Part shown: positions 8,787 to 18,694 of the stretch, in pieces | Position numbering within the stretch: position 1 is the first letter of the stretch | Layout of the letters: each line of letters begins with the position of its first letter | Source: a virus | Strand: one strand, 5' to 3' | DNA length: 64,000 nucleotides | IMG/VR virus record: IMGVR_UViG_3300014720_002669 | Made by a program: the position numbers and the translations under genes | The notes under the pieces: generated by a model | What the model saw: the letters and a program-made list of their open reading frames with translations, nothing else | Told to the model about the DNA's origin: nothing | Database searches by the model: none

Positions 8787-9824
8787 ATGACTACACCTAT
8801 TACTCCTCGCATCGGATTCTGTTGCAAGTGGCTCAATGATCCCACGGAATGTGGGGGCATGAAGGTCAATGCTCGAGACCGTGATCTAAACGGCAGATCA
8901 ACCACCATGCGATGGCTGCGCGAGCATGCGGATTTGGCTGAAGAACGCCAATGGGACATCATGAATCACAACGCTCGTGCGGCCGTCCAGCTGATTGAAC
9001 GTGTGGGCACACTACCTCCCGAACGCAGAATGGTACGCCTGGGCAGTGAAATGCTACAAGGCTACACTGAAAAGGATTGGATCAACTGGTGGCAACGTCA
9101 GGAAATACAAGAACACTGTGCAAAAATCTTTGCGCCTGTGGGCGAAGTCGCAAGACGTTTGGGTGTGCGTATTTCATTTCATCCTGGACAGTTTTGTGTG
9201 CTGGCATCAGAGTCAGACGAGATTGTGGAACGCAGTATACAGGAATTTGAATATCATGCAGACATGGCACGGTGGATGGGCTACGGTGCGTCATGGCATG
9301 ATCATGGATTTAAAATTAATGTGCATTTGTCTGGTAAAGGTGGACCGGCAAAGTTCCTAAAAACTTTGGGGCGACTCACGCCCGAAGCCAGGAATCTTAT
9401 TACCATCGAGAATGATGAGATGACAAATGGTTTGGACGTTACTCTTGCTGTGGCTGACAGTGTGGCTCTTGTTTTGGATGTTCATCACCATTGGATCAAC
9501 ACCGGTGAATATATCAAGCCCTTGGATCCACGTGCTCAACGGGTTGTTGAGTCTTGGCGTGGTGTGCGCCCTGCTCTTCACTACAGTGTCAGCCGTGAAG
9601 ATGTTGTTGTGGGACATGATCCCCATGTACGACCAGACCTCACAGCCTTACTCGGTGCAGGGCACAAAAAGCAAAAGTTGAGAGCACACTCTGACTTTAT
9701 GTGGAATCATGCTGTGAATGACTGGGCATTGCAGTTTACCGACCAGTGGGACATACAGGTCGAAGCCAAAGGCAAAAACTTGGCCAGTGAAATGCTGTAC
9801 AACCAATGGAAAACCCATGCTTAA
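8787..9824 (+). CDS. uvsE: UV-damage endonuclease (UvsE/UVDE)
   Basis: RISFHPGQF, INVH, TIENDE, LDVHHH, HYS, AHSD, VEAKGK. Confidence 0.9.
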   Translation: MTTPITPRIGFCCKWLNDPTECGGMKVNARDRDLNGRSTTMRWLREHADLAEERQWDIMNHNARAAVQLIERVGTLPPERRMVRLGSEMLQGYTEKDWINWWQRQEIQEHCAKIFAPVGEVARRLGVRISFHPGQFCVLASESDEIVERSIQEFEYHADMARWMGYGASWHDHGFKINVHLSGKGGPAKFLKTLGRLTPEARNLITIENDEMTNGLDVTLAVADSVALVLDVHHHWINTGEYIKPLDPRAQRVVESWRGVRPALHYSVSREDVVVGHDPHVRPDLTALLGAGHKKQKLRAHSDFMWNHAVNDWALQFTDQWDIQVEAKGKNLASEMLYNQWKTHA

Positions 9825-10107
9825 TGCACTATCGGGAATTTTTGAATGGATACGAAATGATTACCGCACTAATAATTTTCGTTTTTTTGTTGAGTTGTGT
9901 GCTTGGGCTATATCTATCGGGTGTAGTATTACGATGGCTGCCACGGTACCACATCCACCCCTACTTGTTCTCTATCCTGTATGGATTGTTGGTTGTGGGA
10001 TGTATGCTTGGGCTGCTTGGACTAGGAAATCATTTGGTATGTTGGCCAACTACCTGCTATTAGTCAGCATTGATTCCGTTGGCCTGGTACGAATGCTGTT
10101 AGGTTGA
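9817..10107 (+). CDS. Membrane protein
   Basis: Three hydrophobic segments; overlaps the uvsE stop. Confidence 0.6.
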   Translation: MLNALSGIFEWIRNDYRTNNFRFFVELCAWAISIGCSITMAATVPHPPLLVLYPVWIVGCGMYAWAAWTRKSFGMLANYLLLVSIDSVGLVRMLLG

Positions 10108-10617
10108 TTTTTTGTTCCTTGGTGCACGTTTGACCGGTGCTTGATTGCCTTCGTGAGCGCCTTTTTTGGTTGCTGCTTTAGCCTTGGTCACTGCCTTGGC
10201 TTTGTTGTCAGCAGTGATGTTGGCCACAGCCTCTACACGATTGGGATTTTGATCACTCACTGTCCATTCTTCAGCAGTGAGTTTGTGCAGTCCCACGCAC
10301 AAGCCTGTTGGGCTACGACCGCAGCCACATTTGGGGGCAGTGGCTTCAACTCGATCATCTGGTGATTTTCCCAACGCAACATCTGTACTCTTGACGTGGA
10401 TTTTGCCTTCGCCTACCTTGTCACCGTAAGGCCAGGGTTTGTCAGCATCAGCGTTTGAGCTAAATCGTGCCAAGGGGTGGCGCTCTGGATTTTTGCCAGG
10501 ACCACCGGGGATCCATCGATCAATGGCGTCATCCGAATTGGCTTTTGTGGTTTTTACATAACCGTTCCACAACAACACAGCTACCACAACAACTGCTATA
10601 AAAATAATAAGTTCCAT
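10099..10617 (-). CDS. Membrane-anchored CDGSH-type Fe-S protein with basic tail
   Basis: N-terminal TM, CGCGRSPTGLCVGLH (3Cys-1His), Lys/Ala-rich tail; AAGGAG SD and TAAATA upstream. Confidence 0.7.
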   Translation of the reverse strand: MELIIFIAVVVVAVLLWNGYVKTTKANSDDAIDRWIPGGPGKNPERHPLARFSSNADADKPWPYGDKVGEGKIHVKSTDVALGKSPDDRVEATAPKCGCGRSPTGLCVGLHKLTAEEWTVSDQNPNRVEAVANITADNKAKAVTKAKAATKKGAHEGNQAPVKRAPRNKKST

Positions 10618-10789
10618 GTTAAATCTCCTTGTGAATATTTACCGGCAAAATTAGTGAGCGTACACTAATCTGCCAGAAAAAGCCAAAATAATGTTGCAAT
10701 GCCACATAAATAATGCTACAATAGATCAACAAGACGCTGAATGGTTTGGGTCTTGTGTTCTAGAACTTGCTTAATTCAAGGAGAAAAAC

Positions 10790-11047
10790 ATGTTCAATTC
10801 CGTAATCGAAGCTGTGCAAACTGCACAAAAAACTTTTGTCAACACTGTGGTCCAAAACGAAGAAATCGCCAAGCCCATGATTCGCATGATTGACAGCCAG
10901 TGCGATGCTGCCAAACTCACTGCCAAGGCAGTGTTGGATATCACCACCACTATGGCCGCTGCCACAACTGAAAAAGTGCAGGAAGCAATGAAGTTTGACT
11001 TCACCAAATACACTGAAGCATTCAAGCCAGCCGCTGTTAAAAAGTAA
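10790..11047 (+). CDS. Amphipathic helical protein, possibly phasin-like
   Basis: AAGGAG SD, own promoter (TTGCAA-N17-TACAAT), Ala/Thr/Gln-rich helical sequence. Confidence 0.45.
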   Translation: MFNSVIEAVQTAQKTFVNTVVQNEEIAKPMIRMIDSQCDAAKLTAKAVLDITTTMAAATTEKVQEAMKFDFTKYTEAFKPAAVKK

Positions 11048-11123
11048 TACTCTAACATTACTTTTTGATAACCCTGCTGACGGCAGGGTTTTTCTTGACC
11101 AAAATTAGCCAAAATGCTATAAT
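11044..11123 (+). promoter_or_regulatory. Operator-terminator-promoter cassette
   Basis: GTAATAC-N4-ACATTAC, ACCCTGC/GCAGGGT hairpin with T-run, then TTGACC-N17-TATAAT. Near-copies at 30998-31077 and 21116-21173. Confidence 0.75.
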
Positions 11124-11129
11124 ACGAAC

Positions 11130-11366
11130 ATGACAAACAAACATATAGACAATATTTTACAGTGGACCGGAGCAGTGGCCATTGTGTTGGGCCACAGTTT
11201 CAACGCCATGGGTCCAAGCATGTACCCTTGGAACATCTTGGTATTTGCCATAGGCACTTTGTTGTTTTTGACCTGGGCTGTTCGAGCACGTAATCAGCCA
11301 CAGATGATGGTAAATGTAGTCTCATTGACCATTGGTCTAGTAGGGTTATACAAAGCCCTGGGTTGA
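11130..11366 (+). CDS. Small membrane protein (paralog-like to 62815-63045)
   Basis: Three TM segments, YPWN motif; leaderless ATG. Confidence 0.65.
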   Translation: MTNKHIDNILQWTGAVAIVLGHSFNAMGPSMYPWNILVFAIGTLLFLTWAVRARNQPQMMVNVVSLTIGLVGLYKALG

Positions 11367-11420
11367 CCAGAATTTACCGATCTGCTATAATTTGGTCATC
11401 AAACAAAAAAGGAGAGAGAT

Positions 11421-11633
11421 ATGCAAGCATCGATTACAGTAGCAGACATGATGGCGGCACTGAGCGCATTGCCCCCAGACGCACAACTGGTAGTGACCGA
11501 AAGCGGTTATTACAGTTATGGTGAGTTGGCCCGTGTGGGCTTGCCCGAAGCATACACTATAGACGGCGACGAGGATGACATCCCCCGTGGCACTGTGGTG
11601 TACCGTATTGGTCACAGTCACCAAAGTTATTGA
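11421..11633 (+). CDS. Hypothetical early protein
   Basis: TTGACC/TATAAT promoter from 11363 and an AAGGAG SD. Confidence 0.7.
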   Translation: MQASITVADMMAALSALPPDAQLVVTESGYYSYGELARVGLPEAYTIDGDEDDIPRGTVVYRIGHSHQSY

Positions 11634-11639
11634 TTCACA

Positions 11640-11810
11640 ACCTGATGTGGGGCAGGTCAAGGCCCCACAGTCCTATCCCAAGGATCACCTGAGCACGAAC
11701 TCAGGGCCGATGAGCATCGTTGACCTACCACGGGTGCCGATGGACGACGAATTTGGGAAGCAGTTGCAAGCAGTGGGAGGCATCGGCCGCACCGGGTGAG
11801 ACCGGTCTTT
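11640..11810 (+). ncRNA. Candidate structured RNA with two loop-mediated pseudoknots
   Basis: Intergenic and GC-rich. Stems 11646-53/11662-69, 11688-93/11700-05, 11736-42/11781-87, 11791-95/11802-06. Loop AGGTCAA pairs with TTGACCT (11720-26); TCCCAA pairs with TTGGGA (11753-58). Confidence 0.55.
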
Positions 11811-11828
11811 TGATAAAGGATAAAGAAA

Positions 11829-12068
11829 ATGGAAAAATTGTATGAAGTTTGGCAATCGCATGATCCACAAGGTTATGGTTGGTGCCAATTGTGGCAGGAC
11901 TTGGAACCAGTTCGGTTGCCCTTGCCTTGGGCTCGTGAATATGCTCGCGAACTTTTTGAACGTCAAGGTTTGCCTGTACAACTGCGATCTTTCGGTCCTC
12001 GAGCCAAAGGCAAAGTTTATGCTGGATTTGGTGCTGATTGGTGGTCATGGGCCATGGTTGACCGATAA
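11829..12068 (+). CDS. Hypothetical protein
   Basis: ORF with an AAAGGA SD. Confidence 0.55.
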   Translation: MEKLYEVWQSHDPQGYGWCQLWQDLEPVRLPLPWAREYARELFERQGLPVQLRSFGPRAKGKVYAGFGADWWSWAMVDR

Positions 12069-12092
12069 TCACCCATCTGCTATAATCACAAC

Positions 12093-12242
12093 ATGAAAAC
12101 ACTGACCTTCACTGTACAACTTTCTCGCCAGCGCCGCCGTGCGGTGGAGTTGTACAGTCGCGACACGCCGTTCCGGCCCCGAGTGGAACAGAATCGGACA
12201 GTGTACAACCGCAAAGTCAAACATCGGAATCGTGATGAATAA
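12093..12242 (+). CDS. ArfA-like basic peptide (49 aa)
   Basis: Hand translation MKTLTFTVQLSRQRRRAVELYSRDTPFRPRVEQNRTVYNRKVKHRNRDE. PFRxRVE..YxRKxKH resembles the ArfA core; leaderless ATG 6 nt after TATAAT. Confidence 0.55.
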   Translation: MKTLTFTVQLSRQRRRAVELYSRDTPFRPRVEQNRTVYNRKVKHRNRDE

Positions 12243-12483
12243 ACTGTTGACCGTATTACTAGCAGTGACCCTAGTGGGTTGTGCAAGTCAACTTTACCGC
12301 CCGCCATTGGACATCAGTACCATTCCCAATGATTGCGCCAACAAAAATTCCATCATTGCCTGGTTGGACCAGCAAGCCGCTATTCCCCAGCAAGCCTTAG
12401 AATCAAAGGAAGACTATGTTAGAAGTCGTGGACAAATTCGCTCGCGTATTTGGAGCCTGCGTTATACTTGTCAGCCTGTTTAG
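12235..12483 (+). CDS. Lipoprotein
   Basis: MNKLLTVLLAVTLVG-C lipobox. Confidence 0.7.
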   Translation: MNKLLTVLLAVTLVGCASQLYRPPLDISTIPNDCANKNSIIAWLDQQAAIPQQALESKEDYVRSRGQIRSRIWSLRYTCQPV

Positions 12484-12730
12484 TGGTTGCGCATCACGTG
12501 GCACACCCGGTGCCACAGTGATGACATATGAACAATTAAGATACTTTCAAATTGATTGCAAGATTAAAAATCAGCAGATGGCCATGCTTGAAAGCATGCG
12601 ACTGACCCCAGATGAAAAATTCATGGCATCAATGAAAGAGATCAACCCATTTGAACCCAGGACCAGCAATATCAATCGCATGATTGATTGGCATCAGCAC
12701 ATGCTGGCCTATTGTGATAGGCACTTATGA
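12416..12730 (+). CDS. Lipoprotein (start uncertain)
   Basis: LFSG-C lipobox; stop overlaps the next ATG. Confidence 0.55.
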   Translation: MLEVVDKFARVFGACVILVSLFSGCASRGTPGATVMTYEQLRYFQIDCKIKNQQMAMLESMRLTPDEKFMASMKEINPFEPRTSNINRMIDWHQHMLAYCDRHL

Positions 12731-13287
12731 AAAAATTATTATGGTTGATACTGGCACCAGTCTCAGTGATGGCATCAGAGTGTGTGTTGCAAGATCGTAC
12801 AGTAAGTCGTTCCACAGTGACCATTGCAGAACGTAGCAAGATCACACAAGAAGTAGTGCCCAGCGCCAATGGCAATCGCAGATGCATGGTCAATATGCGA
12901 GTGCGTGTTGGATCAAACTGGCACACTGCATTTGGTGAACATGAATGGCCCGGCGATCGTCCCAGAGAAGAAGCCTGTGCCGTGGCAGTAAAAAATGCCG
13001 AAGCAGATGTGATTGAGCGTGTGGGCCGGGTGAACACACTCAGCGAAAAAACCATGGTGTGTTCGGACCGACCGGACCTGCAGGCTCTACGCAGTACCAA
13101 TCCTGGCACAGTGGCCGAACTGCATCAGTTCAGACCGCATCCAGACTTTCCCCGAGAGTTTTGGCACAATGGCGCACCCTGCAGATACTTTTTGGACAGT
13201 GCTTATATTCGAAATGATGTGCGCACCTTTCAAGGAGTAATATGCAAAATACACGATGCCCGTTGGGTAGTGGTGGACAAATGGTAG
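12727..13287 (+). CDS. Secreted Cys-containing protein
   Basis: Signal peptide MKKLLWLILAPVSVMA and six Cys. Confidence 0.65.
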   Translation: MKKLLWLILAPVSVMASECVLQDRTVSRSTVTIAERSKITQEVVPSANGNRRCMVNMRVRVGSNWHTAFGEHEWPGDRPREEACAVAVKNAEADVIERVGRVNTLSEKTMVCSDRPDLQALRSTNPGTVAELHQFRPHPDFPREFWHNGAPCRYFLDSAYIRNDVRTFQGVICKIHDARWVVVDKW

Positions 13288-13345
13288 TTGACCAGAAATT
13301 CGCAATCATGTACAATCTAGCTATGTTTACAAATTGGAGGCAAAG

Positions 13346-13468
13346 ATGAGGATAGCATTAATTGTGTTGGTGGCTGCTGTTGTAACAGGCTGTGGCACAC
13401 TGGGTGGGGCAGTTGGCGGTGCTGGCAAAGATCTCAGCAAAGTCGGTGATTGGATTCAAAGCAAATAA
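13346..13468 (+). CDS. Entericidin (EcnA/B)-like small lipoprotein (40 aa)
   Basis: Hand translation MRIALIVLVAAVVTG-CGTLGGAVGGAGKDLSKVGDWIQSK; GGAGG SD; GAGKD amphipathic motif. Confidence 0.6.
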   Translation: MRIALIVLVAAVVTGCGTLGGAVGGAGKDLSKVGDWIQSK

Positions 13469-13476
13469 GGACAGAC

Positions 13477-14043
13477 ATGAAAAAGTATTTTGTAATTTTA
13501 CCACTGGTGGCCTTGGTCACTGCTTGTGGCACAACCAAAGATGACTACCAAAAACGAGCCGAGGCCGCTGAAGAAAAACGCGAAGCACAGGTCACCAAAT
13601 CTATCAGTCGATCACCATCCTGGATGACTGAGCTGCCGTCCAGTGACAGTGCTGTTTTTGCCAATGGCTCAGCAGTGAGCTCGGACATGAGCATGGCTGA
13701 TTACAAGGCCAAACTGTTTGCATACGGCAAGATCTGCATGGCCGCAGGTGGACGTGTGAGCCAACAAGCTCAGGTGTTCATGCAAGATTCAGAATCAGCT
13801 GGTGCTGAGTCCAGCGAACTGGCCATCAAAAGCATGTGCCCTGGTGTGGATTTGACTGGCATAGAAACTCGTGACATCAAGCGTGTGGGCGAAGGCAGCC
13901 GCTATCGCACCTATGTGCTGGTGGCTTTGCCCACCGGTGATGCCAACACTTTGCAAAGTCGCAAAGACAAGCTCATGCTGGACAAACGTGCTGACAAACG
14001 CAGTAAAGAAGCGTTCAAAGAGCTTGATCAAAACGCTCAGTAA
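13477..14043 (+). CDS. Lipoprotein (LPP20-like)
   Basis: MKKYFVILPLVALVTA-C lipobox, PSWM motif; terminator hairpin at 14057-14080. Confidence 0.7.
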   Translation: MKKYFVILPLVALVTACGTTKDDYQKRAEAAEEKREAQVTKSISRSPSWMTELPSSDSAVFANGSAVSSDMSMADYKAKLFAYGKICMAAGGRVSQQAQVFMQDSESAGAESSELAIKSMCPGVDLTGIETRDIKRVGEGSRYRTYVLVALPTGDANTLQSRKDKLMLDKRADKRSKEAFKELDQNAQ

Positions 14044-14090
14044 ACGGCGTATAAATAAAAGCGGCTTTCGGGCCGCTTTTCTCACTTTAT

Positions 14091-14660
14091 ATGACCACAG
14101 AAACCGAACCAGTTCAAACTCACAGTCAGGCTCTGCAACAAAATGGCATGTATGTTTTCATGGGCGAAGTTAATGACGAAAACATTTGCCCTATTGTGGA
14201 ATGGATCTTGCATGAGAACTTTGTGGTCAAGAAACGGCGCAAAGAACTGTTGTTGATGATTTGCTCGGAAGGTGGTGACATGGGAGCGGCCTTTGCCTTG
14301 ATCGACGTCATGCGCAGTAGTCTAATTCCCATTAAAACAGTGGGCCTGGGCATGATTGCCAGTGCGGGGTTGTTGATCTTTATTTCAGGCACTGTTGGTC
14401 GACGTGTGCTCACTCCCAATACGTCAATTTTGAGTCACCAGTTCTCCTGGATGAACGAAGGCAAAGCACATGAACTGTTTGCCACCATGAGAGAATTTGA
14501 ACTCACTCAACAACGCATGCTCAATCACTATAGATTGTGTACCGGACTCAGTGACGAGGAGATCAAACAACATCTCCTACCGCCCAATGACGTTTGGCTG
14601 TCAGCCTCGGATGCCCTGAGTCTACGGGTGTGTGACCATATTTCAGAACTCACACGTTAA
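14091..14660 (+). CDS. Divergent ClpP-family protease
   Basis: ICSEGGD, GMIASAG (Ser), LSHQ (His), NDVWLSA (Asp). Confidence 0.85.
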   Translation: MTTETEPVQTHSQALQQNGMYVFMGEVNDENICPIVEWILHENFVVKKRRKELLLMICSEGGDMGAAFALIDVMRSSLIPIKTVGLGMIASAGLLIFISGTVGRRVLTPNTSILSHQFSWMNEGKAHELFATMREFELTQQRMLNHYRLCTGLSDEEIKQHLLPPNDVWLSASDALSLRVCDHISELTR

Positions 14661-16189
14661 CGACTGCGGCGTTCTCTACCCAGGGTAGTTGCATCAGTTT
14701 TAGCCGCAGACTTGACCTTGGCGGCCTTGGCGCCTGGACCAGTTAGTCGCTTGTCAGTCACACGATCCAAGGCCTGCGTACTGGTTTCATTATCCCAACT
14801 GGCTTTTTTGTACTCAGTTAGTTTTTCTAGCAAGGCTTCTTTTTCAATGATGTTGCGTAGATATATGCCATTGGGTCTGTTTTCAATTTTGGTTCTGATT
14901 TTCAACAACTTGTTTTTGGGATTGCCACGCTCATGGATTATAACCTCAGGCCAAGTTTTGTCTCCCACATACGTGGCTGCTAGGTCTATGGTTGCTAATT
15001 TTTCTTTGAGTCGGTTGAAGCGCAGGATTTTAAAGCCGCCCTTGTTGAAGTCTACTAGTTCTACTCGGGGATCACCTAGGGTAGCAAAATGTGTGATGCC
15101 TTGTGCGATGCCATCAAGGATGTTGGCTTCTTGTTCAGGACTAGCGCCTTTGAGTTCACGATCAATTTGCTTGGCAGCGTACCCGTAAACTTTTTCAAAA
15201 GCTTCTCTAGAATTGCCTGCTTTGATTTCTCTTCTGAATGCCGGCAAGGCTGGATCAATATTAACACCAAAGTAGTTCCATAACGACTGTTGTGTTTCTT
15301 CACTGTCGCCCCCTACCTGACCAAACTGTCCAATGCCCCCTACTTTCAAACTGGTGTTGAGGCGCAGCTTGCGTGGTTGGCCATTTTCGTCTGTGACAAA
15401 TACCCACACATCAGTTTTTTGTTCGGTCTCTCCAGTGACACCGTCAGCCATGATGGTGATTTGATCAGCACGACCATTGATGTAAAAATAACGGCTGTAA
15501 CGTTCAGCATCCGAACTGTTGACATAAGCAGCGGCACTGGCGTATTCGTCAGCCAGCAACTTTCTTTTGGCCGGGTCCATGAGATCCTGGTAAGGTCCAG
15601 TTTTGAGTCGCAGCACAAAGGTAACACGGTCAGCATGTTCGTTGTCGTAATCTTCCACTTCAACTTCGTACTGATCCTGTCCAGTTTTTTTGAGACTGTC
15701 CAACACGCCACTGATGTCCGCGGCGGTGACAGTGCCAATGTCTTCGCCAGATTCACGTTTGACAAACTTGGCAAACATAGCCGCACCCAAGATGCCTTCT
15801 GACGTTTCGCCGCGATTGGTAATTTTGCCCACATCTTCAGGATCGTCAGTGCGGGCTCCAGTGTACACATTGAAACACGGGCCAATTTGAGAGGCAGTGC
15901 CTGTGACCAACATGAATTGGTCTGCATCGTTGGCAAACAAGTAGCCATCTCCGCCACCACTCACAGCAATGCTGGGCAGGTTTAGGATTTCTTGATCACC
16001 CAGTTCACTGGTGTCTTGCATGGTCAAGGGCGGTGTAGGATCAAACCCCTGCTGACGCATCAACTCAGCCAGGGCTTTGCCGTTCTTGGAGCCTGTGGCC
16101 ACAGCAAATTGAGTACCAGGGCCATATTTGGGTTTGGAGATGGTGACTTCGTTGAGCACAGAATCGAATATATTGAGTAGGTCGCGCAT
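14657..16189 (-). CDS. Hypothetical 510-aa protein, possibly virion-associated
   Basis: Long ORF with phage codon style; upstream TAAGTA late-type motif. Confidence 0.6.
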   Translation of the reverse strand: MRDLLNIFDSVLNEVTISKPKYGPGTQFAVATGSKNGKALAELMRQQGFDPTPPLTMQDTSELGDQEILNLPSIAVSGGGDGYLFANDADQFMLVTGTASQIGPCFNVYTGARTDDPEDVGKITNRGETSEGILGAAMFAKFVKRESGEDIGTVTAADISGVLDSLKKTGQDQYEVEVEDYDNEHADRVTFVLRLKTGPYQDLMDPAKRKLLADEYASAAAYVNSSDAERYSRYFYINGRADQITIMADGVTGETEQKTDVWVFVTDENGQPRKLRLNTSLKVGGIGQFGQVGGDSEETQQSLWNYFGVNIDPALPAFRREIKAGNSREAFEKVYGYAAKQIDRELKGASPEQEANILDGIAQGITHFATLGDPRVELVDFNKGGFKILRFNRLKEKLATIDLAATYVGDKTWPEVIIHERGNPKNKLLKIRTKIENRPNGIYLRNIIEKEALLEKLTEYKKASWDNETSTQALDRVTDKRLTGPGAKAAKVKSAAKTDATTLGRERRSR

Positions 16190-16240
16190 TGGTTTTTTCC
16201 AGGATTTGTGTTATACTTATGCTTTCTACAAGGAGTGTGT

Positions 16241-16834
16241 ATGCCAAATCTAGTGCCCATAGTTTTAGAACAAACTGCCAAAGGCGAACGCAGTTACGAC
16301 ATCTACAGCCGACTGCTCAAAGATCGTGTGATCATGCTGGATACCGAAGTAAGCGAACATTCGGCCAGTTTGATTGTGGCACAGATGCTGTTTTTGGAAA
16401 GTGAAAATCCTGACAAAGACATCAGCCTATACATCAACTCACCCGGCGGATCAGTCACAGCCGGCATGGCCATCTACGACACCATGCAGTTCATAAAGCC
16501 GGGTGTGCATACCATTGTCATGGGGCAGGCCTGCTCCATGGGATCATTGCTGGCACAAGCAGGTGCTCCGGGCCGGCGTTTCATATTGCCCAATGCCAGA
16601 CACATGATACACCAACCATCGGGTGGCGCAAGAGGACAGGCCACTGACATGCTGATTCAAGTGGAAGAGATTTTGGCCATGAAGCGTAATTTGACAGGTA
16701 TATACGTTAAGCACAATTCAGCAGGCCGGACATTTGAACAACTCACAGCCGACATGGAACGTGACAACTTCATGAGCGCACAGGAAGCAGTTGACTATGG
16801 TCTTGCTGACAAAATTGTAGAAAACCGTACATGA
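16241..16834 (+). CDS. clpP: ATP-dependent Clp protease proteolytic subunit
   Basis: [45 protein letters not shown]; AAGGAG SD. Confidence 0.97.
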   Translation: MPNLVPIVLEQTAKGERSYDIYSRLLKDRVIMLDTEVSEHSASLIVAQMLFLESENPDKDISLYINSPGGSVTAGMAIYDTMQFIKPGVHTIVMGQACSMGSLLAQAGAPGRRFILPNARHMIHQPSGGARGQATDMLIQVEEILAMKRNLTGIYVKHNSAGRTFEQLTADMERDNFMSAQEAVDYGLADKIVENRT

Positions 16835-18099
16835 CATTAAAAGACTCATTTTGCCCCAGCCCTTGGTTTCACATGCGAATCAACAACAGTGGGCACTATG
16901 AGTATTGTCGTTGGGCCGATAAAGCCCACAGAACCACTGGCTCTAACATAAGTGATACAACTCCTGCTGAATTTTTTAATCAGAATCTGATTCCTATTCG
17001 CCAACAGTTATTAAATGGCGAACGCCCAACTGGATGTGCTGAATGCTATCAAATGGAAGCACACGACAAGATAAGCGGTCGACAAAAACAACTGCTGAAA
17101 ATAGGTGTGCAGTTATGGGAGTTTGACAAGATGTTGGCCAGTTCTCCCTGGATGCCTGTGTTTGTCAATCACATGCCGCAGATGCCACAAGACTGGCAAA
17201 TTGATCTAGGCAACTATTGCAATTCGGCCTGTGTGTTTTGCCATCCAAGTTTTAGTTCACGACTGGCCACAGAATGGAAACAACTTGGTTTCATTGACAA
17301 AACACCACCGGCAAATTGGTGTAATGACCCTGTATATCTACAAATTTTTATTGATACACTGGTCAAAAGTCCGCATATACAGTATCTACATTTCATTGGC
17401 GGAGAAACTTTGATCACTCCGGCATTTAAAAAAATACTTAAAGCATTGATTGATGCAGGCTTGAACAAAACTGCTACCATTGGATTTACCACAAATCTTA
17501 TTAGTTGGGACAATGACACAATATCACTGTTGACACAATTTGTTGGAGTAAATCTTGGTGTTAGTATAGAAGCATTTGATTCTATTAACGAATACGTAAG
17601 ATGGCCAGCAAAACAACAGCAAGTTATTAGCATACTATCACAGTGGGTTGCGCTTAGTCAACAACACAATTGGTTGATGCAAATTAGAACCACTCCTACT
17701 ATACTTACAATTCACAAATTACTCACAGTTTATGACTATGCCTGGGAACATGGTATTGTGGTGGAAAGTTGCAATTTTTTAACCGAACCGTCTTATCTGC
17801 GACTAGCAGTGTTGCCACAAAAATATCGTCAACCTATAATAGATCAGATGCAGGCTTGGATTGATCAACGGCCTAACAATACAAAAACTGTGGTAAACAT
17901 TAGACACCCAGATTTTGTATACGCACAAATTGCACAAGATTTGCAAAGTTATGTGAATTATTTAAAAACTGAAACAGATCAAAGCGATCAGTTGCCGGTG
18001 TTGATACAGTTTTTAAAACGCCTTGAACTCAATAGAAAAAACAATATCTTAGACCATGTACCACAATATGAAGAACTTTTTAGATCTGCTGGCTACTGA
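16831..18099 (+). CDS. Radical SAM protein with twitch/SPASM-like N-terminal Cys cluster
   Basis: [16 protein letters not shown]; N-terminal FCPSPW..YCR..CAECY. Confidence 0.85.
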   Translation: MTLKDSFCPSPWFHMRINNSGHYEYCRWADKAHRTTGSNISDTTPAEFFNQNLIPIRQQLLNGERPTGCAECYQMEAHDKISGRQKQLLKIGVQLWEFDKMLASSPWMPVFVNHMPQMPQDWQIDLGNYCNSACVFCHPSFSSRLATEWKQLGFIDKTPPANWCNDPVYLQIFIDTLVKSPHIQYLHFIGGETLITPAFKKILKALIDAGLNKTATIGFTTNLISWDNDTISLLTQFVGVNLGVSIEAFDSINEYVRWPAKQQQVISILSQWVALSQQHNWLMQIRTTPTILTIHKLLTVYDYAWEHGIVVESCNFLTEPSYLRLAVLPQKYRQPIIDQMQAWIDQRPNNTKTVVNIRHPDFVYAQIAQDLQSYVNYLKTETDQSDQLPVLIQFLKRLELNRKNNILDHVPQYEELFRSAGY

Positions 18100-18340
18100 T
18101 TTAAAATTGCATGTGGTTGTAAACGGCAACCAGTATGAGAGTGACTTGCACACTCCGTTGACATTCAATGCCGACGATTTGGTGTCAGTCGATGGTATTG
18201 AAGTGTTGCCTAGATATCGATGTCTAACTGGCGGCAGTACACTGCAAATTTCTGAACCATTTTATCAATGGTACCATAAAGCATCTGACCAAGGATGGTT
18301 GTTGAAGCCGCGGATCAGTAATAAAAGCGTTGAGCGTTGA
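18068..18340 (+). CDS. Hypothetical protein
   Basis: ORF overlapping the 3' end of the radical SAM gene. Confidence 0.5.
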   Translation: MKNFLDLLATDLKLHVVVNGNQYESDLHTPLTFNADDLVSVDGIEVLPRYRCLTGGSTLQISEPFYQWYHKASDQGWLLKPRISNKSVER

Positions 18341-18403
18341 TGTAAGCGCGAGTCTGACGCTCGCGATTGGCAATGAATGCCTGGTAGAGTGCTTTCAAAT
18401 ATT

Positions 18404-18565
18404 TCATACTATACCTCTTTGTTGATCTTGATAGTACTGACGTTCCATCATTTCAACGTCGGCGGTATTTTGGGGATGGCGGGCGGCAATGTATTGTTCC
18501 AGCTTGCTTTGATAATTGTTGCTGGGGAACATTTCCGCCAGGCGTTTTAGTAGTTTTTCCAACAT
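18404..18565 (-). CDS. Small helical protein (53 aa), coupled to a 30-aa ORF at 18315-18407
   Basis: Hand translation MLEKLLKRLAEMFPSNNYQSKLEQYIAARHPQNTADVE...; GAGG SD; ATGA overlap. Confidence 0.55.
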   Translation of the reverse strand: MLEKLLKRLAEMFPSNNYQSKLEQYIAARHPQNTADVEMMERQYYQDQQRGIV

Positions 18566-18694
18566 GTTTTTCCTCTGTATTTGCCATGATATTTATGTCA
18601 TGGTTTCTACTGAGTACTACTTTGGTACTACTTTTGGGTGGTTGACCAATAATTCACACCATGCTACAATTAGAACATGCAAAAAGGAGTTATC

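Noticed and set aside
11642-11648. CTGATG as a hammerhead core
   Set aside because: Lacks CUGAUGA and a suitably placed GAAA.
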